A stretch of 33,984 bases of DNA from a virus. Lineage: Duplodnaviria > Caudoviricetes. The notes below the pieces were generated by a model that did no database searches, was not told where the DNA came from, and saw nothing but the letters and a program-made list of their open reading frames with translations. The DNA is taken from the IMG/VR virus record IMGVR_UViG_3300025138_000005, positions 1-33,984 of that record; one strand, 5' to 3'. Positions 1 to 9,107 of this stretch are shown piece after piece (positions within the stretch are counted from its first letter, which is position 1; each line of letters starts with the position of its first letter). The position numbers and the translations under genes were made by a program.

Positions 1-127
1 CAATTGTTGATCGAGAAATGAGAAGGTATGGCAGCAGGTAAAATTACAATTGATATTGAAGCCCGCATAGGCAACCTTGAAGCAACAATGCAAAGTTTAG
101 AAGACACTATAAATGTCTCGACTACAA
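1..127. repeat. Terminal direct repeat (left copy); circular-assembly overlap
   Basis: Positions 1-127 match 33858-33984 (caattgttga...gactacaa). 127 is a common assembler k-mer size. Confidence 0.95.
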
Positions 128-1293
128 AAATGGAAAAGGACATTGGCAAACTTCAAACAAGTTTTAGTACACTCAGAACGGCTATGACAAAAGTTGGTTT
201 AGCAGTTACCGCCATGATTGTAGGCTTTAGAGTTTTAGAATCAGTAGGCCGTGGTATCAAGGCTTTTTTTGTAGCAGTAAGTAGCAGTGCAGATGAAGCA
301 AGAGAATCTCTTGACGAGTTTGTTGAGTCTTTAAAACGTATTCCAATTATTGGTTCTGCTGTTGCAGGTATGGAATCGTTTGTAGATTTGTTTGTAGGTT
401 CTAAAGAGCATATCGAAATGCGACAAAAGCAAATCGAAAAAATGCAACGCGATATGCAAAAGATGGCAGAATTGCGGCAGAAAAAACAAGGCATTGCAGA
501 AAGCACGCAGATAAATTTAAATGAGGCTATAAACCAATTAGCATTATTTAAAGAGCAAGATCAAATAGAAAAAGTAATTTTAGAAACTGAGCAAAAACGT
601 GTTGCAACAATTAAGGAGTTCAGCAAGCAATTAGTTTTGGCACAAGTAATTGGTATGTCTGACAAACATATTCAATCTTTGCGTGAAGAATTTACAGCAA
701 GATTAGAACTTATAGAACTAATTAAGAAGCAAAGATTAGAACAAATTGAATTGCAAAGAGAACAGCAGCGTAAAAGTATTGGCATGGATTTACGGCGTGC
801 TGAAAATGATTTGCGTATTTTTTCTGCACAAACAGACACACATAAAACCTTGTTGCAGTTAGAACAAAAGCGTGTTGAGACTGTTGCACAGTTTGAAGAA
901 AAGATAAGACAAATTGAAAGCAGTGGGTTAGGCGATAAACAAATAGAAAAAGTACGTACTGAAATGATGATGCGTCTTAAATTGATTGAACTTACAAAGC
1001 AACAAGCAATGGCTATTGCTGAAATTGACGGATCATTAGAATTACAACAGCGTCAATTAAAAAGCAGTAAAGAAGATTTAAGCCGTAATAATTTCTTTTC
1101 TAATTTGCGTACCACTGGAACTATAGAAACAGTAGTTGGTGGCTTTACAAGTGCTTTAGGCTTAGGTAGGCAAGACGTTGTTGCTAGGGCTGCTGAAACA
1201 CAGGTTCTAATACAAAGGCAAATCCGTACAATTCTACAACGAATCGAAAGAGATTTGCGAGATCGCGAAAACGCGCAGCAAGGAATCTTTTAA
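28..1293 (+). CDS. Putative tail tape measure protein (short, 421 aa)
   Basis: On the circle it directly follows the tail tube and frameshifted chaperone genes. N-terminus MAAGKITIDIEARI is TMP-like; long helical/coiled-coil Q/E/K/L-rich body with a hydrophobic stretch near aa 55-70. Confidence 0.75.
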   Translation: MAAGKITIDIEARIGNLEATMQSLEDTINVSTTKMEKDIGKLQTSFSTLRTAMTKVGLAVTAMIVGFRVLESVGRGIKAFFVAVSSSADEARESLDEFVESLKRIPIIGSAVAGMESFVDLFVGSKEHIEMRQKQIEKMQRDMQKMAELRQKKQGIAESTQINLNEAINQLALFKEQDQIEKVILETEQKRVATIKEFSKQLVLAQVIGMSDKHIQSLREEFTARLELIELIKKQRLEQIELQREQQRKSIGMDLRRAENDLRIFSAQTDTHKTLLQLEQKRVETVAQFEEKIRQIESSGLGDKQIEKVRTEMMMRLKLIELTKQQAMAIAEIDGSLELQQRQLKSSKEDLSRNNFFSNLRTTGTIETVVGGFTSALGLGRQDVVARAAETQVLIQRQIRTILQRIERDLRDRENAQQGIF

Positions 1294-2150
1294 TGGCGGG
1301 AATACATGAGCAAACTACAGAGCGAACACTAGGTTTAGTAAACAACGGTGCTGAGTTCCAAGGAACTAGAACTTTTATATGTACTGGTTTTTCTGGTGAA
1401 CGGTTTGTAATAGCACGATTTGGTGGTGGCGGTTTACCGGCATTAGGTGACGAACATCCAGACCAACGAGAAATCTTTGCTTGTGAATACAGCATAAGAC
1501 TCATTACTGGACACAATGATGTTTGGGAAGTCAAGTTTACGTATAAATCATCGTCATATGAAGAAGGAGGCGGTGGTGACGATCCTTCGGACCCAATAAC
1601 ACCTACCACACCGGGTTTTGTAGAAATAACTACAAACACGCTGACCGAATTTATTCCTATATATAGAAATAACCCAGATAATTTACCTATTGAAGGTATG
1701 CCAACTGGTAACCCTGAAGAAGATGATATTGGAGGTACACCAGCAGTATATGGTGGCGCTCCTGTTTCAGCAGCAAACTACAAAATTGAAATTAACGTGG
1801 GTGTTGTAGAGCGATACACCGATATTCATTTTCAAAACATAACTCAGTTTGTTGGTCAAAGATTAAGTAAAACACTTTTTTTTGGCGGTCAAGGTTCAGC
1901 AAGTACACTTAGTTTACCTGCACATAAGACGCTTTACATTGGTGCAAATACGCAACGAACGGGTGTAAACTTAGGTAGAGTAAACCATCGATTTATAATA
2001 GATGAAAGGTTTCATTGCCGGTTTGTTTCTTATAGAAACTTACAAGGCGAAGAAGAACCAGAAGAGGCAGATGCTGCACCACGAATCGTTTATCCGGTAC
2101 AGCCGTTTCCAAACTTATTTAACGCACTTTTACTAAGCGTACACTTTTAG
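1293..2150 (+). CDS. Putative tail protein (distal-tail position)
   Basis: Coupled to the TMP stop (TAATG); 285 aa, beta-like composition; call rests on synteny only. Confidence 0.5.
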   Translation: MAGIHEQTTERTLGLVNNGAEFQGTRTFICTGFSGERFVIARFGGGGLPALGDEHPDQREIFACEYSIRLITGHNDVWEVKFTYKSSSYEEGGGGDDPSDPITPTTPGFVEITTNTLTEFIPIYRNNPDNLPIEGMPTGNPEEDDIGGTPAVYGGAPVSAANYKIEINVGVVERYTDIHFQNITQFVGQRLSKTLFFGGQGSASTLSLPAHKTLYIGANTQRTGVNLGRVNHRFIIDERFHCRFVSYRNLQGEEEPEEADAAPRIVYPVQPFPNLFNALLLSVHF

Positions 2151-2159
2151 GAATTAACA

Positions 2160-2579
2160 ATGGCAGACGAAATAACAGTTTCAGGCAGACTTTTAATTAA
2201 CACGGCATCTAGTGCAAGTTTAAGCACAACGTATAAGGTCGATCTTAATCCTCCGACTATCCAAATGGATTTGGCTAGTGTTATTTCTGCATCCGGTGTA
2301 CAAGAAATACCAAGTTCGCCGGGTGGTAGTAATAACGCAGAAGCACTTGACAAAGGTGAAGTTGCTGCTGGTGGAGGCTTGGCTTTTTTTAGAAACATTG
2401 GTACTACTAACGATGTAAAAATTGGCGTTTGCGTAGGTAATGCCACCACTGGTGTTTTTCACGCGTTGTTGCAATTAAAAGCCGGAGAGTATGCTATAAC
2501 TCGTGTGGCTAACCACAACGTAATGGCACTTGCTGTTTCTGCACCAACACAACTTCAATACCATATACAGAGCGCATAA
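2160..2579 (+). CDS. Putative virion structural protein
   Basis: AGGA upstream of ATG; 139 aa rich in A/S/G/T/V; lies in the tail module. Confidence 0.5.
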   Translation: MADEITVSGRLLINTASSASLSTTYKVDLNPPTIQMDLASVISASGVQEIPSSPGGSNNAEALDKGEVAAGGGLAFFRNIGTTNDVKIGVCVGNATTGVFHALLQLKAGEYAITRVANHNVMALAVSAPTQLQYHIQSA

Positions 2580-3424
2580 TGTCTAAATCTGGTGACCCAT
2601 TAACTATACCGCACTTCGTTTCTGGCAGTGTCGGCAACCTAGACTATTCACACATTAACCAAGTTGTAGATAGGATAAATGCCCTATCGTTTTTTTTGCA
2701 GCCTGAAATAGTTGAAGCGATAGGTGTGTTGCAGCAAAATGCTAACCAGAATACCAAGCATAAGATTCTTTATGCAAAAATTGGTGACGAGGAATCTGCT
2801 CTTAGTAACGCCAAATCTAAATTCTGGCAATGGCAAGAAGTTTGGTTTAATCCTGCAAGCGGGGAATGGGAAGAAGCAGAAAATGGACGAAGCAGCACAC
2901 AGGGGCAGTATGCTGTTTCAGTCGATAGTCCATTAGGTGAACACAAAGACAAGAATGTAATGATAAGGTCTCATGTTTGTGCTTCTAAGGCTGCAGAAAC
3001 TAAAAACGTGATGGTATTTTCAACTAGCGAATCACCAACATCTTTGACGGGTGTAGCAACTTTAATTTCTCCAATAGGTGTAGGTGGTTATACAGCCAGC
3101 GTCCAAACATTAGAAGACCCACAGCCTATAGGTTTGCAGATTTGCTATAACATATTAGAGGGTAGCGAAGATTTACTTTTTGGTAGCGAAATAAACACAG
3201 ATAACTGTGAATCAAATCCAATAGTAGAACCTAAGACTTTACCTCAAAACACAACAGTGCTTGTACATTTTAAGCGTAAAAAAGACGAAGAAGCCGGAAT
3301 TCCATTTGACGAATGGGAATTTAATTGTTCTGTGCCAATTGATGTTGCGTGTCAGTGTCCGCCAGATACAGAACTACTTTCTACTTTTAACGTAACCCGC
3401 GACCAACTTATGATGGGCGAATAA
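2579..3424 (+). CDS. Putative tail/baseplate protein
   Basis: TAATG coupling at both ends; 281 aa; tail module; C-terminal Cys cluster (C..VACQC). Confidence 0.45.
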   Translation: MSKSGDPLTIPHFVSGSVGNLDYSHINQVVDRINALSFFLQPEIVEAIGVLQQNANQNTKHKILYAKIGDEESALSNAKSKFWQWQEVWFNPASGEWEEAENGRSSTQGQYAVSVDSPLGEHKDKNVMIRSHVCASKAAETKNVMVFSTSESPTSLTGVATLISPIGVGGYTASVQTLEDPQPIGLQICYNILEGSEDLLFGSEINTDNCESNPIVEPKTLPQNTTVLVHFKRKKDEEAGIPFDEWEFNCSVPIDVACQCPPDTELLSTFNVTRDQLMMGE

Positions 3425-3885
3425 TGTCTACACCTACTAAAATTGCACAATTTGTAGCACCTACCCAAGCGTCTTTGTTATATAGCCCTGACGATGGACG
3501 TGGGACACTAATTACAAATATGTGGATTGCAAACACAACTGGTAGTGCTGCTACTGTTACGTTTTACGATGTGCCGAATGGTTTAAGTGCTTCTGATAAC
3601 AATACATTAGTGCCACAGCAAAGCATTGCTGCTAACAGTTATGAGCAACTTAAGGGTAGTATAGTTTTAGGTACTGGTAATGAGTTGCAAGTTAAATCGA
3701 ATACTGCAAACGCACTTACTATTACGGTTTACGGGGTCGAGTATGTAACTCGTGCAGGTAAAATAGCAACAAATACAACTACAGGCCAAGGACAGACCAT
3801 ACAAATGGTGCAAGCAGCACCTTCTACTGCTACTAGTTTTGGTGTACTTAGTCAGCCAAGCGGTGACGGAGGTTATGGTGTCTAA
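3424..3885 (+). CDS. Putative virion structural protein (small beta-sandwich)
   Basis: Pattern LYSP...ITNMWIANTT...LQVKS...LTITVYGVE resembles small phage structural proteins; T/A/S-rich. Confidence 0.55.
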   Translation: MSTPTKIAQFVAPTQASLLYSPDDGRGTLITNMWIANTTGSAATVTFYDVPNGLSASDNNTLVPQQSIAANSYEQLKGSIVLGTGNELQVKSNTANALTITVYGVEYVTRAGKIATNTTTGQGQTIQMVQAAPSTATSFGVLSQPSGDGGYGV

Positions 3886-4909
3886 CTTTTTTCATGCTGC
3901 TGGTTGCTGTTGCCACAATCAAGTTGACGATGAAGAACCACCCGGAGGTTGTGACGCAGGTTGCAATGATCCGGGCGGTGCTTTGCCAAACTACGACAAT
4001 GACGCATTTGTAAAAATTGTTTCTGGTGGAACATCTAGGGCTTCGGGTGGTGTTCAAGTACCTGATTGTCTTGCATCTCCACCAGTGCAAAACCCCGATA
4101 ATTTTTTTGGTTGTTTAACTAATTGCCCAAAACACGAAGAACATCTAGACCGTGAAGATTGCAGTTTTCCAGAAGGAGCAGGTGGTCCATGTGCTTGCGA
4201 CGAACCGGGCAATGGTTTTGGTTTTGTTGATTGGGGACAGCAGCAACTAGGACAAGTTACACTTCCGCCTGTACCAGATCAAGATTGTATAAATGTAAGA
4301 AGATGGAAAGCAATACGAAACTTTCCTTTTTTACTTGGTCAATTTTCATACACTCGAAGATTAAATGGTCAAGGTCAAATTTGTCAAACTGAATATGGTT
4401 TTTGTAGCAATGGCGAAGAAGTGCAAATTGCTTACGATGTTGAATTACGTGCAGTAATTTCTACCAACACAGTTAAATGGTCTTTATTTATAGAAACCGT
4501 TCCGGGTCAGGGCAATGTTCCTAACATGGGTAACGTAGATATAACTATAGACAAAACAGACGGCGGATGTTTTGGAGGCACTAAACGATATTTAACGTGG
4601 GAAGAATACCCGTCAATGGGTAACCAAGGATCTTCTAACGCTATGGCAAGTATTCTTTCTTCTGCTGGCCAAGGATGGGAACAAGCAGCAGACAATGGTC
4701 TTAAAATACCTATTCCATACACATGTTTTGCTGCACAAAGTGGTCAATGTGGTTGGGTTTATCCATTACGTGAAGATGTAACTTTAGAAAACCCTCCTGC
4801 TTTAGTAATCCAGCAGTCTGAAGGTTGCGGTTTTTGTTTCCAAATTGGTAGTTGTCAGAAAATTAGAGATAAAGTTGGCGCAGCAATTTCCGTAGGAGTT
4901 TATCAATGA
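3875..4909 (+). CDS. Cysteine-rich tail-associated protein
   Basis: GGAGG at 3868-3872 before ATG 3875/GTG 3878; N-terminal AAGCCC; about 20 Cys in about 344 aa. Confidence 0.6.
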   Translation: MVSNFFHAAGCCCHNQVDDEEPPGGCDAGCNDPGGALPNYDNDAFVKIVSGGTSRASGGVQVPDCLASPPVQNPDNFFGCLTNCPKHEEHLDREDCSFPEGAGGPCACDEPGNGFGFVDWGQQQLGQVTLPPVPDQDCINVRRWKAIRNFPFLLGQFSYTRRLNGQGQICQTEYGFCSNGEEVQIAYDVELRAVISTNTVKWSLFIETVPGQGNVPNMGNVDITIDKTDGGCFGGTKRYLTWEEYPSMGNQGSSNAMASILSSAGQGWEQAADNGLKIPIPYTCFAAQSGQCGWVYPLREDVTLENPPALVIQQSEGCGFCFQIGSCQKIRDKVGAAISVGVYQ

Positions 4910-5193
4910 CCGAATACGCAAAAGTAAAAGCAGACGATGCACCTTTGACAAGTCAATGTAAACATTGGCAACCTCTCTGGCCGACATTAGGGGTATGTAA
5001 GAAAGGTCATTTTCTAAGTAAGACCGTCACAACTAACGTGTGTGCTACTTGCAATGATTATGATGGGCCTCAAAGAGGTATTGGTGACAAAGTTCACAAA
5101 GTTATTAAAAAGATAACTGGCGGCAAATTAAAAGGGTGCGGCGGTTGTGGGAAAAGACGGGCCAAACTTAACGATTTAGGAAAGAAAAAATGA
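4906..5193 (+). CDS. Small basic Cys-rich protein (GxGD...CGGCxxRRxxLN motif)
   Basis: ATGA overlaps at both ends; CATC and CGGC motifs; possible metal binding. Confidence 0.65.
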   Translation: MTEYAKVKADDAPLTSQCKHWQPLWPTLGVCKKGHFLSKTVTTNVCATCNDYDGPQRGIGDKVHKVIKKITGGKLKGCGGCGKRRAKLNDLGKKK

Positions 5194-6620
5194 CTGTAAC
5201 ACTTATTGGTACTAACGGACTTTTTACTAGGCTTGGCAAATTAGTTGGTATGAATAAACGCATAAAAACTATGCAGGGCCAACTAATGAACGATAGTGAT
5301 GGTGCAGGCCAATGCTACCGTGATGTTCTTGGTACTTATGCAACAAGTGCTGCGCAGAACGAAACAGTTAGATGGCTTGGTTTAATTAACGAACATACCG
5401 AAGCGTCAATAAATTCCACTAATACATTGTTTGTGCCACTTGCTAACAGCATGTTTGCCACTCTAATTAATATGGTTAAAGAAGATAGTGGCAGTAGGTA
5501 CGGTGGCGATAATGTCGAATTAGCATTTAAAGAGGTATTGCGACAAATGATAGCAGCAGGTGTTGGTACTGCTAGTTTTGACGGTAATACAATTACTGTA
5601 GGAACTTTGGCAGCCGATTCAGGCAACAAAGGTGACGGCACTGTTGTGACGCATACCAGTCCGTCGGCAATTTTCGCACCTTCCGTAACAGCCTTTCCTG
5701 CTGCACGTACAGAGACAATTAGTTTTAATTGCTACAAAGATGCACAAGACAAATCAGTTAAGTCTGGTACAGAATTATTTGACATTAGAGGCGGCACAAA
5801 ATACTCGAACAACGATTATCGTTTTCCCGGCGGTGGTGGTTATTACGGAAGAACACCTGCAATATCTGAAAGCATAAGCAGCAAACGCGGAGAATGTCAG
5901 CAGCACCTTTTTAATGGCGGATTTGAATCAGTAGTCTCTAATGTGCCTGTAAACTGGACTATTGCAACTGGAACTGCTGGGTCAGACGTTGAATCTGAAA
6001 CAACCAGCGTCTACCGTGGAAGTAAAGCCCTTAAAATTACAGGCAATGGTTCTGTATTGCACAAGATAGAACAGCAATTTGGAAGTATCGGCGGCACCAC
6101 ATCGACTCTTAAGCCAGATACAGTTTATGTAATTGCAGCAGCAGTTAAACGCGGATCTGTTTCAATGGGTTCTGGTGGATTGAACATCGAGTGCGTTGAC
6201 AGTGGCGGTACAGTTTTAGGTGCCAAAGGCACGAATGTAAGATTGACAGTCGCATGCGCACTTCTTACAACTTCATACGTTCGTCACAGTGTTACAGTTA
6301 GAACACCTAAAGATATGCCGTCTAACGTTACTTTCAGATTAAACTTTGATGTAGCCATCCCTAATACTGGTGAGGTCTTTATTGATTCCGTAATTATGGC
6401 ACCACTTAAACAACTTGCACCCGGCGGTATTTACGTTGGAATACTTGCTGGTTCTGATGATTATGCTGAAGACGATAAATTTGATCAGCCGATTACAAAT
6501 AACCAACAAGGCGAATGGTTGACCGAATTGGATAGATTCTTTGATTTGCATGGTTCTGGCATTTGCCCGCCAGTTGAAACCGATGGTACTGAAACTATTG
6601 CTGATAGTTTAATTTCATGA
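5190..6620 (+). CDS. Putative tail/receptor-binding protein with carbohydrate-binding-module-like C-terminal half
   Basis: LFNGGFES...PVNWT...KALKITG...LKPDTVYVIAAAVK...FIDSV resembles a CBM4/9-type galactose-binding fold; last large gene of the tail module. Confidence 0.55.
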   Translation: MTVTLIGTNGLFTRLGKLVGMNKRIKTMQGQLMNDSDGAGQCYRDVLGTYATSAAQNETVRWLGLINEHTEASINSTNTLFVPLANSMFATLINMVKEDSGSRYGGDNVELAFKEVLRQMIAAGVGTASFDGNTITVGTLAADSGNKGDGTVVTHTSPSAIFAPSVTAFPAARTETISFNCYKDAQDKSVKSGTELFDIRGGTKYSNNDYRFPGGGGYYGRTPAISESISSKRGECQQHLFNGGFESVVSNVPVNWTIATGTAGSDVESETTSVYRGSKALKITGNGSVLHKIEQQFGSIGGTTSTLKPDTVYVIAAAVKRGSVSMGSGGLNIECVDSGGTVLGAKGTNVRLTVACALLTTSYVRHSVTVRTPKDMPSNVTFRLNFDVAIPNTGEVFIDSVIMAPLKQLAPGGIYVGILAGSDDYAEDDKFDQPITNNQQGEWLTELDRFFDLHGSGICPPVETDGTETIADSLIS

Positions 6621-6871
6621 AATGGATATCTGACTCTGTGTGGATCACAACCAAACAAGTTGCAGACAAATTTGGCATATCTAGTAGGCGCGTCTTGAAA
6701 ATTGCACAAGATCGTGATGTAACTGGACGTGATCTAGGTGGCGTGATAGTCTGGACACAGCAGCAGGTAGATTTGCTACAGCCACGTAAAAGTGGTTCTG
6801 CGGGCCATCTTAAAAATGTAATTATAAAAAAACTGGACGATGAGATTCAGCAATTGAAAGGCACAAAATGA
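6617..6871 (+). CDS. Helix-turn-helix DNA-binding protein (excisionase/MerR-like)
   Basis: WITTKQVADKFGISSRRVLKIA is a typical HTH; ATGA coupling. Confidence 0.65.
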   Translation: MKWISDSVWITTKQVADKFGISSRRVLKIAQDRDVTGRDLGGVIVWTQQQVDLLQPRKSGSAGHLKNVIIKKLDDEIQQLKGTK

Positions 6872-7167
6872 CACAAAAGACTATGGGCATCAGGTCTTCA
6901 TTTAAGGTTAATACGAAATGCTTGGCTAACGCCCTTATCTATAGCATTAAGAAGCAAGAAATTACTGCACAAGAGGACATGCCTAAATTTGTCAGCAAAA
7001 TCCACAGGACCAGCAGACGCAAACTTTTGCTGAGTGTCAAAGAACTGGCTACAATTGGCGGAGAGAAAGCCCTTAACAGCGACGAGTGGGAACAGACAGC
7101 AGCAACCGCATGGCCTGCAGCGTTTGCACACGCCTCTGCATTGGTCCCTGAGTTGGCTGAAGCATAG
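6868..7167 (+). CDS. Hypothetical protein
   Basis: ATGA overlap with the upstream gene; followed by a terminator. Confidence 0.55.
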   Translation: MTQKTMGIRSSFKVNTKCLANALIYSIKKQEITAQEDMPKFVSKIHRTSRRKLLLSVKELATIGGEKALNSDEWEQTAATAWPAAFAHASALVPELAEA

Positions 7168-7188
7168 ACAACACCCTTATACATTCCT

Positions 7189-7229
7189 AAAGCCTTCAAG
7201 CGTAACACTGAGCGTTTGGGGGCTTTTTT
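7189..7229 (+). terminator. Intrinsic terminator
   Basis: Stem aaagccttcaagcg / cgtttgggggcttt (with G-U pairs) running into a T tract. Confidence 0.7.
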
Positions 7230-7340
7230 ATATGCCTCGATGCAATTTGTGCAAAGACTACTCTTAGTTGCTATATTGCTTACAGCAGGCATTTGTATGT
7301 CTGCAAGCAAAGGAATGCTTAACTAAACAAGGGGATACAT

Positions 7341-7880
7341 ATGAATGGAATCTACGATTGGCAAGATTATTATACAAACCACGAAATGCGAATAAGGCGA
7401 ATTGTGTCGAGGTGTTTACTACATGTAGACCCTTTTGGTATTACAGGCCCAAAACGGCTACAACATCTTGATTTCGTCAATAAGATTATCAACAACATTA
7501 ACCCAATAAGTTCCTTAATAGATTTACAAAAGGAACTTATGAAAGATGCACCCGGTAGGTCAGTTAGTGCTTTTAACCAGTGTTTAGAAAACACAAGAAG
7601 AGACGTATTTGGTCATGGGTTTGGTAATTCACAAAACACAATAGACATGTTTTTTCCTGTGGCGAAGCACGTCAAGCAGTTCAACACATATTTGCAAATG
7701 ACACCTTCACGTCAATACGGTTTTACGAAGGACGAAATAAACGAAAACACCCCTATACAAGTTGCTTGGTTTGGGTATCCAGATTGGCAATCTGCTAGGT
7801 TTCATATACATGGACAGCATAATATTATTGATAACGCATTTGACCAATTGCAGAAATGTATACCTTTAGTCGCAAAATGA
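7341..7880 (+). CDS. Hypothetical protein (accessory cassette)
   Basis: AAGGGGA upstream of ATG; 179 aa ORF between two terminators. Confidence 0.65.
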   Translation: MNGIYDWQDYYTNHEMRIRRIVSRCLLHVDPFGITGPKRLQHLDFVNKIINNINPISSLIDLQKELMKDAPGRSVSAFNQCLENTRRDVFGHGFGNSQNTIDMFFPVAKHVKQFNTYLQMTPSRQYGFTKDEINENTPIQVAWFGYPDWQSARFHIHGQHNIIDNAFDQLQKCIPLVAK

Positions 7881-8083
7881 CTAATTACGAAGAACGTACA
7901 TTTGCAATAAGAATTGTGCCAACAAGAATAAATGTAACACCCGGTTGTTCAAAACCCAAATTTGTTACACATTACAAGTTGTTTTTGACTAACGGTGCAA
8001 GTACTATTTACAAACGGAAAACCACAGCAGCAAAATATGCTAATGATATTGGTTGGTGGGTAGGTCCAAAAGAACCTGAATGA
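7877..8083 (+). CDS. Hypothetical small basic protein
   Basis: ATGA overlap at 7877-7880 (MTNYEERTF...); ends just before a terminator. Confidence 0.55.
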   Translation: MTNYEERTFAIRIVPTRINVTPGCSKPKFVTHYKLFLTNGASTIYKRKTTAAKYANDIGWWVGPKEPE

Positions 8084-8093
8084 TCCTTTGTCT

Positions 8094-8140
8094 CGCCCGT
8101 AAGACTTCTTTCTCCTTGAAGTTTTGCGGGCGGTTTTTTT
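8094..8140 (+). terminator. Intrinsic terminator for rightward transcript
   Basis: 15-bp stem cgcccgtaagacttc / gaagttttgcgggcg (2 G-U pairs on + strand) followed by T7. Confidence 0.8.
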
Positions 8141-8149
8141 ATGCGCACT

Positions 8150-8180
8150 AAAAAACCCCGCCTTTCGGCGGGGTCTTTTC
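8150..8180 (-). terminator. Intrinsic terminator for leftward transcript (possibly bidirectional)
   Basis: A tract + accccgcc-tttc-ggcggggt + cttttc, immediately downstream of the minus-strand gene ending at 8190. Confidence 0.8.
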
Positions 8181-8189
8181 ATGTTGTAG

Positions 8190-8690
8190 TCAAATAAACG
8201 TACGCAATTTTTGTGCATCAATGATTGGCTCAACAAACATTTTGCCGTTATCTAATTTGGCTGTTTGGGCATTGTGAAAATCATACAGATTAACAAACTG
8301 ACCTTTACCCTTCCCTTTGCCGGTGAGGTATTTGACCATTACGCCTTTGCGTCGGCCAGTGATGCATACGTCTGTAATTTCAAACCGCCCTTCGTAGGTG
8401 CGATCCATAATATCCCTTCTGGCACTAAGACTCATGTAGCCAGTTTCCTGCATGTCACCCTTGACGGCTACGTTTCCGTCAAGGGACAACTTGATGTCTA
8501 GAAGGAAAGCCATTTCGGCTTCTTTTCTGATCTTTAAGTAAAGAGCCTTTTGTTCTTTGTCGGCTTTTTCGTATTCGTCGTTGCGAATTTCATTTCGCTG
8601 TTGACGTATCTCTTTTTTAAGATCAAGGGCAGCAAGAAGTTTACGCTGCAACTTTGCAATTGAAGCAACACTAGAAAAATTAGTAGTCAT
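8190..8690 (-). CDS. Hypothetical protein (N-terminal coiled coil)
   Basis: RBS GACAAAGGA upstream on the minus strand; 166 aa; terminator downstream. Confidence 0.7.
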   Translation of the reverse strand: MTTNFSSVASIAKLQRKLLAALDLKKEIRQQRNEIRNDEYEKADKEQKALYLKIRKEAEMAFLLDIKLSLDGNVAVKGDMQETGYMSLSARRDIMDRTYEGRFEITDVCITGRRKGVMVKYLTGKGKGKGQFVNLYDFHNAQTAKLDNGKMFVEPIIDAQKLRTFI

Positions 8691-8733
8691 TAAATGTAAT
8701 CCTTTGTCTTTACTGAATATGTATACGCTGGTT

Positions 8734-8760
8734 TTGAGTTCCTCAATAGAATGCCTTGGT
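8734..8760. repeat. 27-bp inverted repeat, left arm (partner 9081-9107)
   Basis: ttgagttcctcaatagaatgccttggt vs reverse complement of the partner ttgagtttctcaatagagtgccttggt: 25/27 identical. Confidence 0.9.
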
Positions 8761-8789
8761 AATAGACAATTAGTTCAAGTTAGTTGTGG

Positions 8790-9056
8790 TCACAGAATAC
8801 GACCAATGGTTTTAGTAGGTGGTTTATGGGTGTCTTGAATGTACATGGGACGTTCGTCAGTACCATCCCACCTTATAGTTCCATCCTCGATTGAAAAGAA
8901 GGTTGGCAAATCTGAACCGATCCACATAAAGCAATAAAAATTGCCACGTTTATCGGCAGCACGAAACCGTTCGTATGTATCGTCATAGGTCATACCTATG
9001 GACCATGTGCGGTCTCCAATAATTACAAACTTGTAGTCTTTTGGTTTGTCAGTCAT
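8790..9056 (-). CDS. Hypothetical protein (88 aa, MTDKPKDY...)
   Basis: Strong RBS AAAGGAG before ATG at 9056; start re-called from the ORF track's 9110. Confidence 0.7.
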   Translation of the reverse strand: MTDKPKDYKFVIIGDRTWSIGMTYDDTYERFRAADKRGNFYCFMWIGSDLPTFFSIEDGTIRWDGTDERPMYIQDTHKPPTKTIGRIL

Positions 9057-9072
9057 AGTAGTCTCCTTTGTC
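9054..9072 (-). promoter_or_regulatory. 19-nt translation initiation leader GACAAAGGAGACTACTATG (leftward copy)
   Basis: Exact reverse complement of 9387-9405. Confidence 0.85.
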
Positions 9073-9080
9073 ATAGATTG

Positions 9081-9107
9081 ACCAAGGCACTCTATTGAGA
9101 AACTCAA
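9081..9107. repeat. 27-bp inverted repeat, right arm (partner 8734-8760)
   Basis: accaaggcactctattgagaaactcaa; contains an internal dyad TTGAG-N3-CTCAA. Confidence 0.9.

Noticed and set aside
8734-9107. Inverted repeat as retron a1/a2 arms or IS ends
   Set aside because: No reverse transcriptase or transposase motifs in the genome and no evident target-site duplication.
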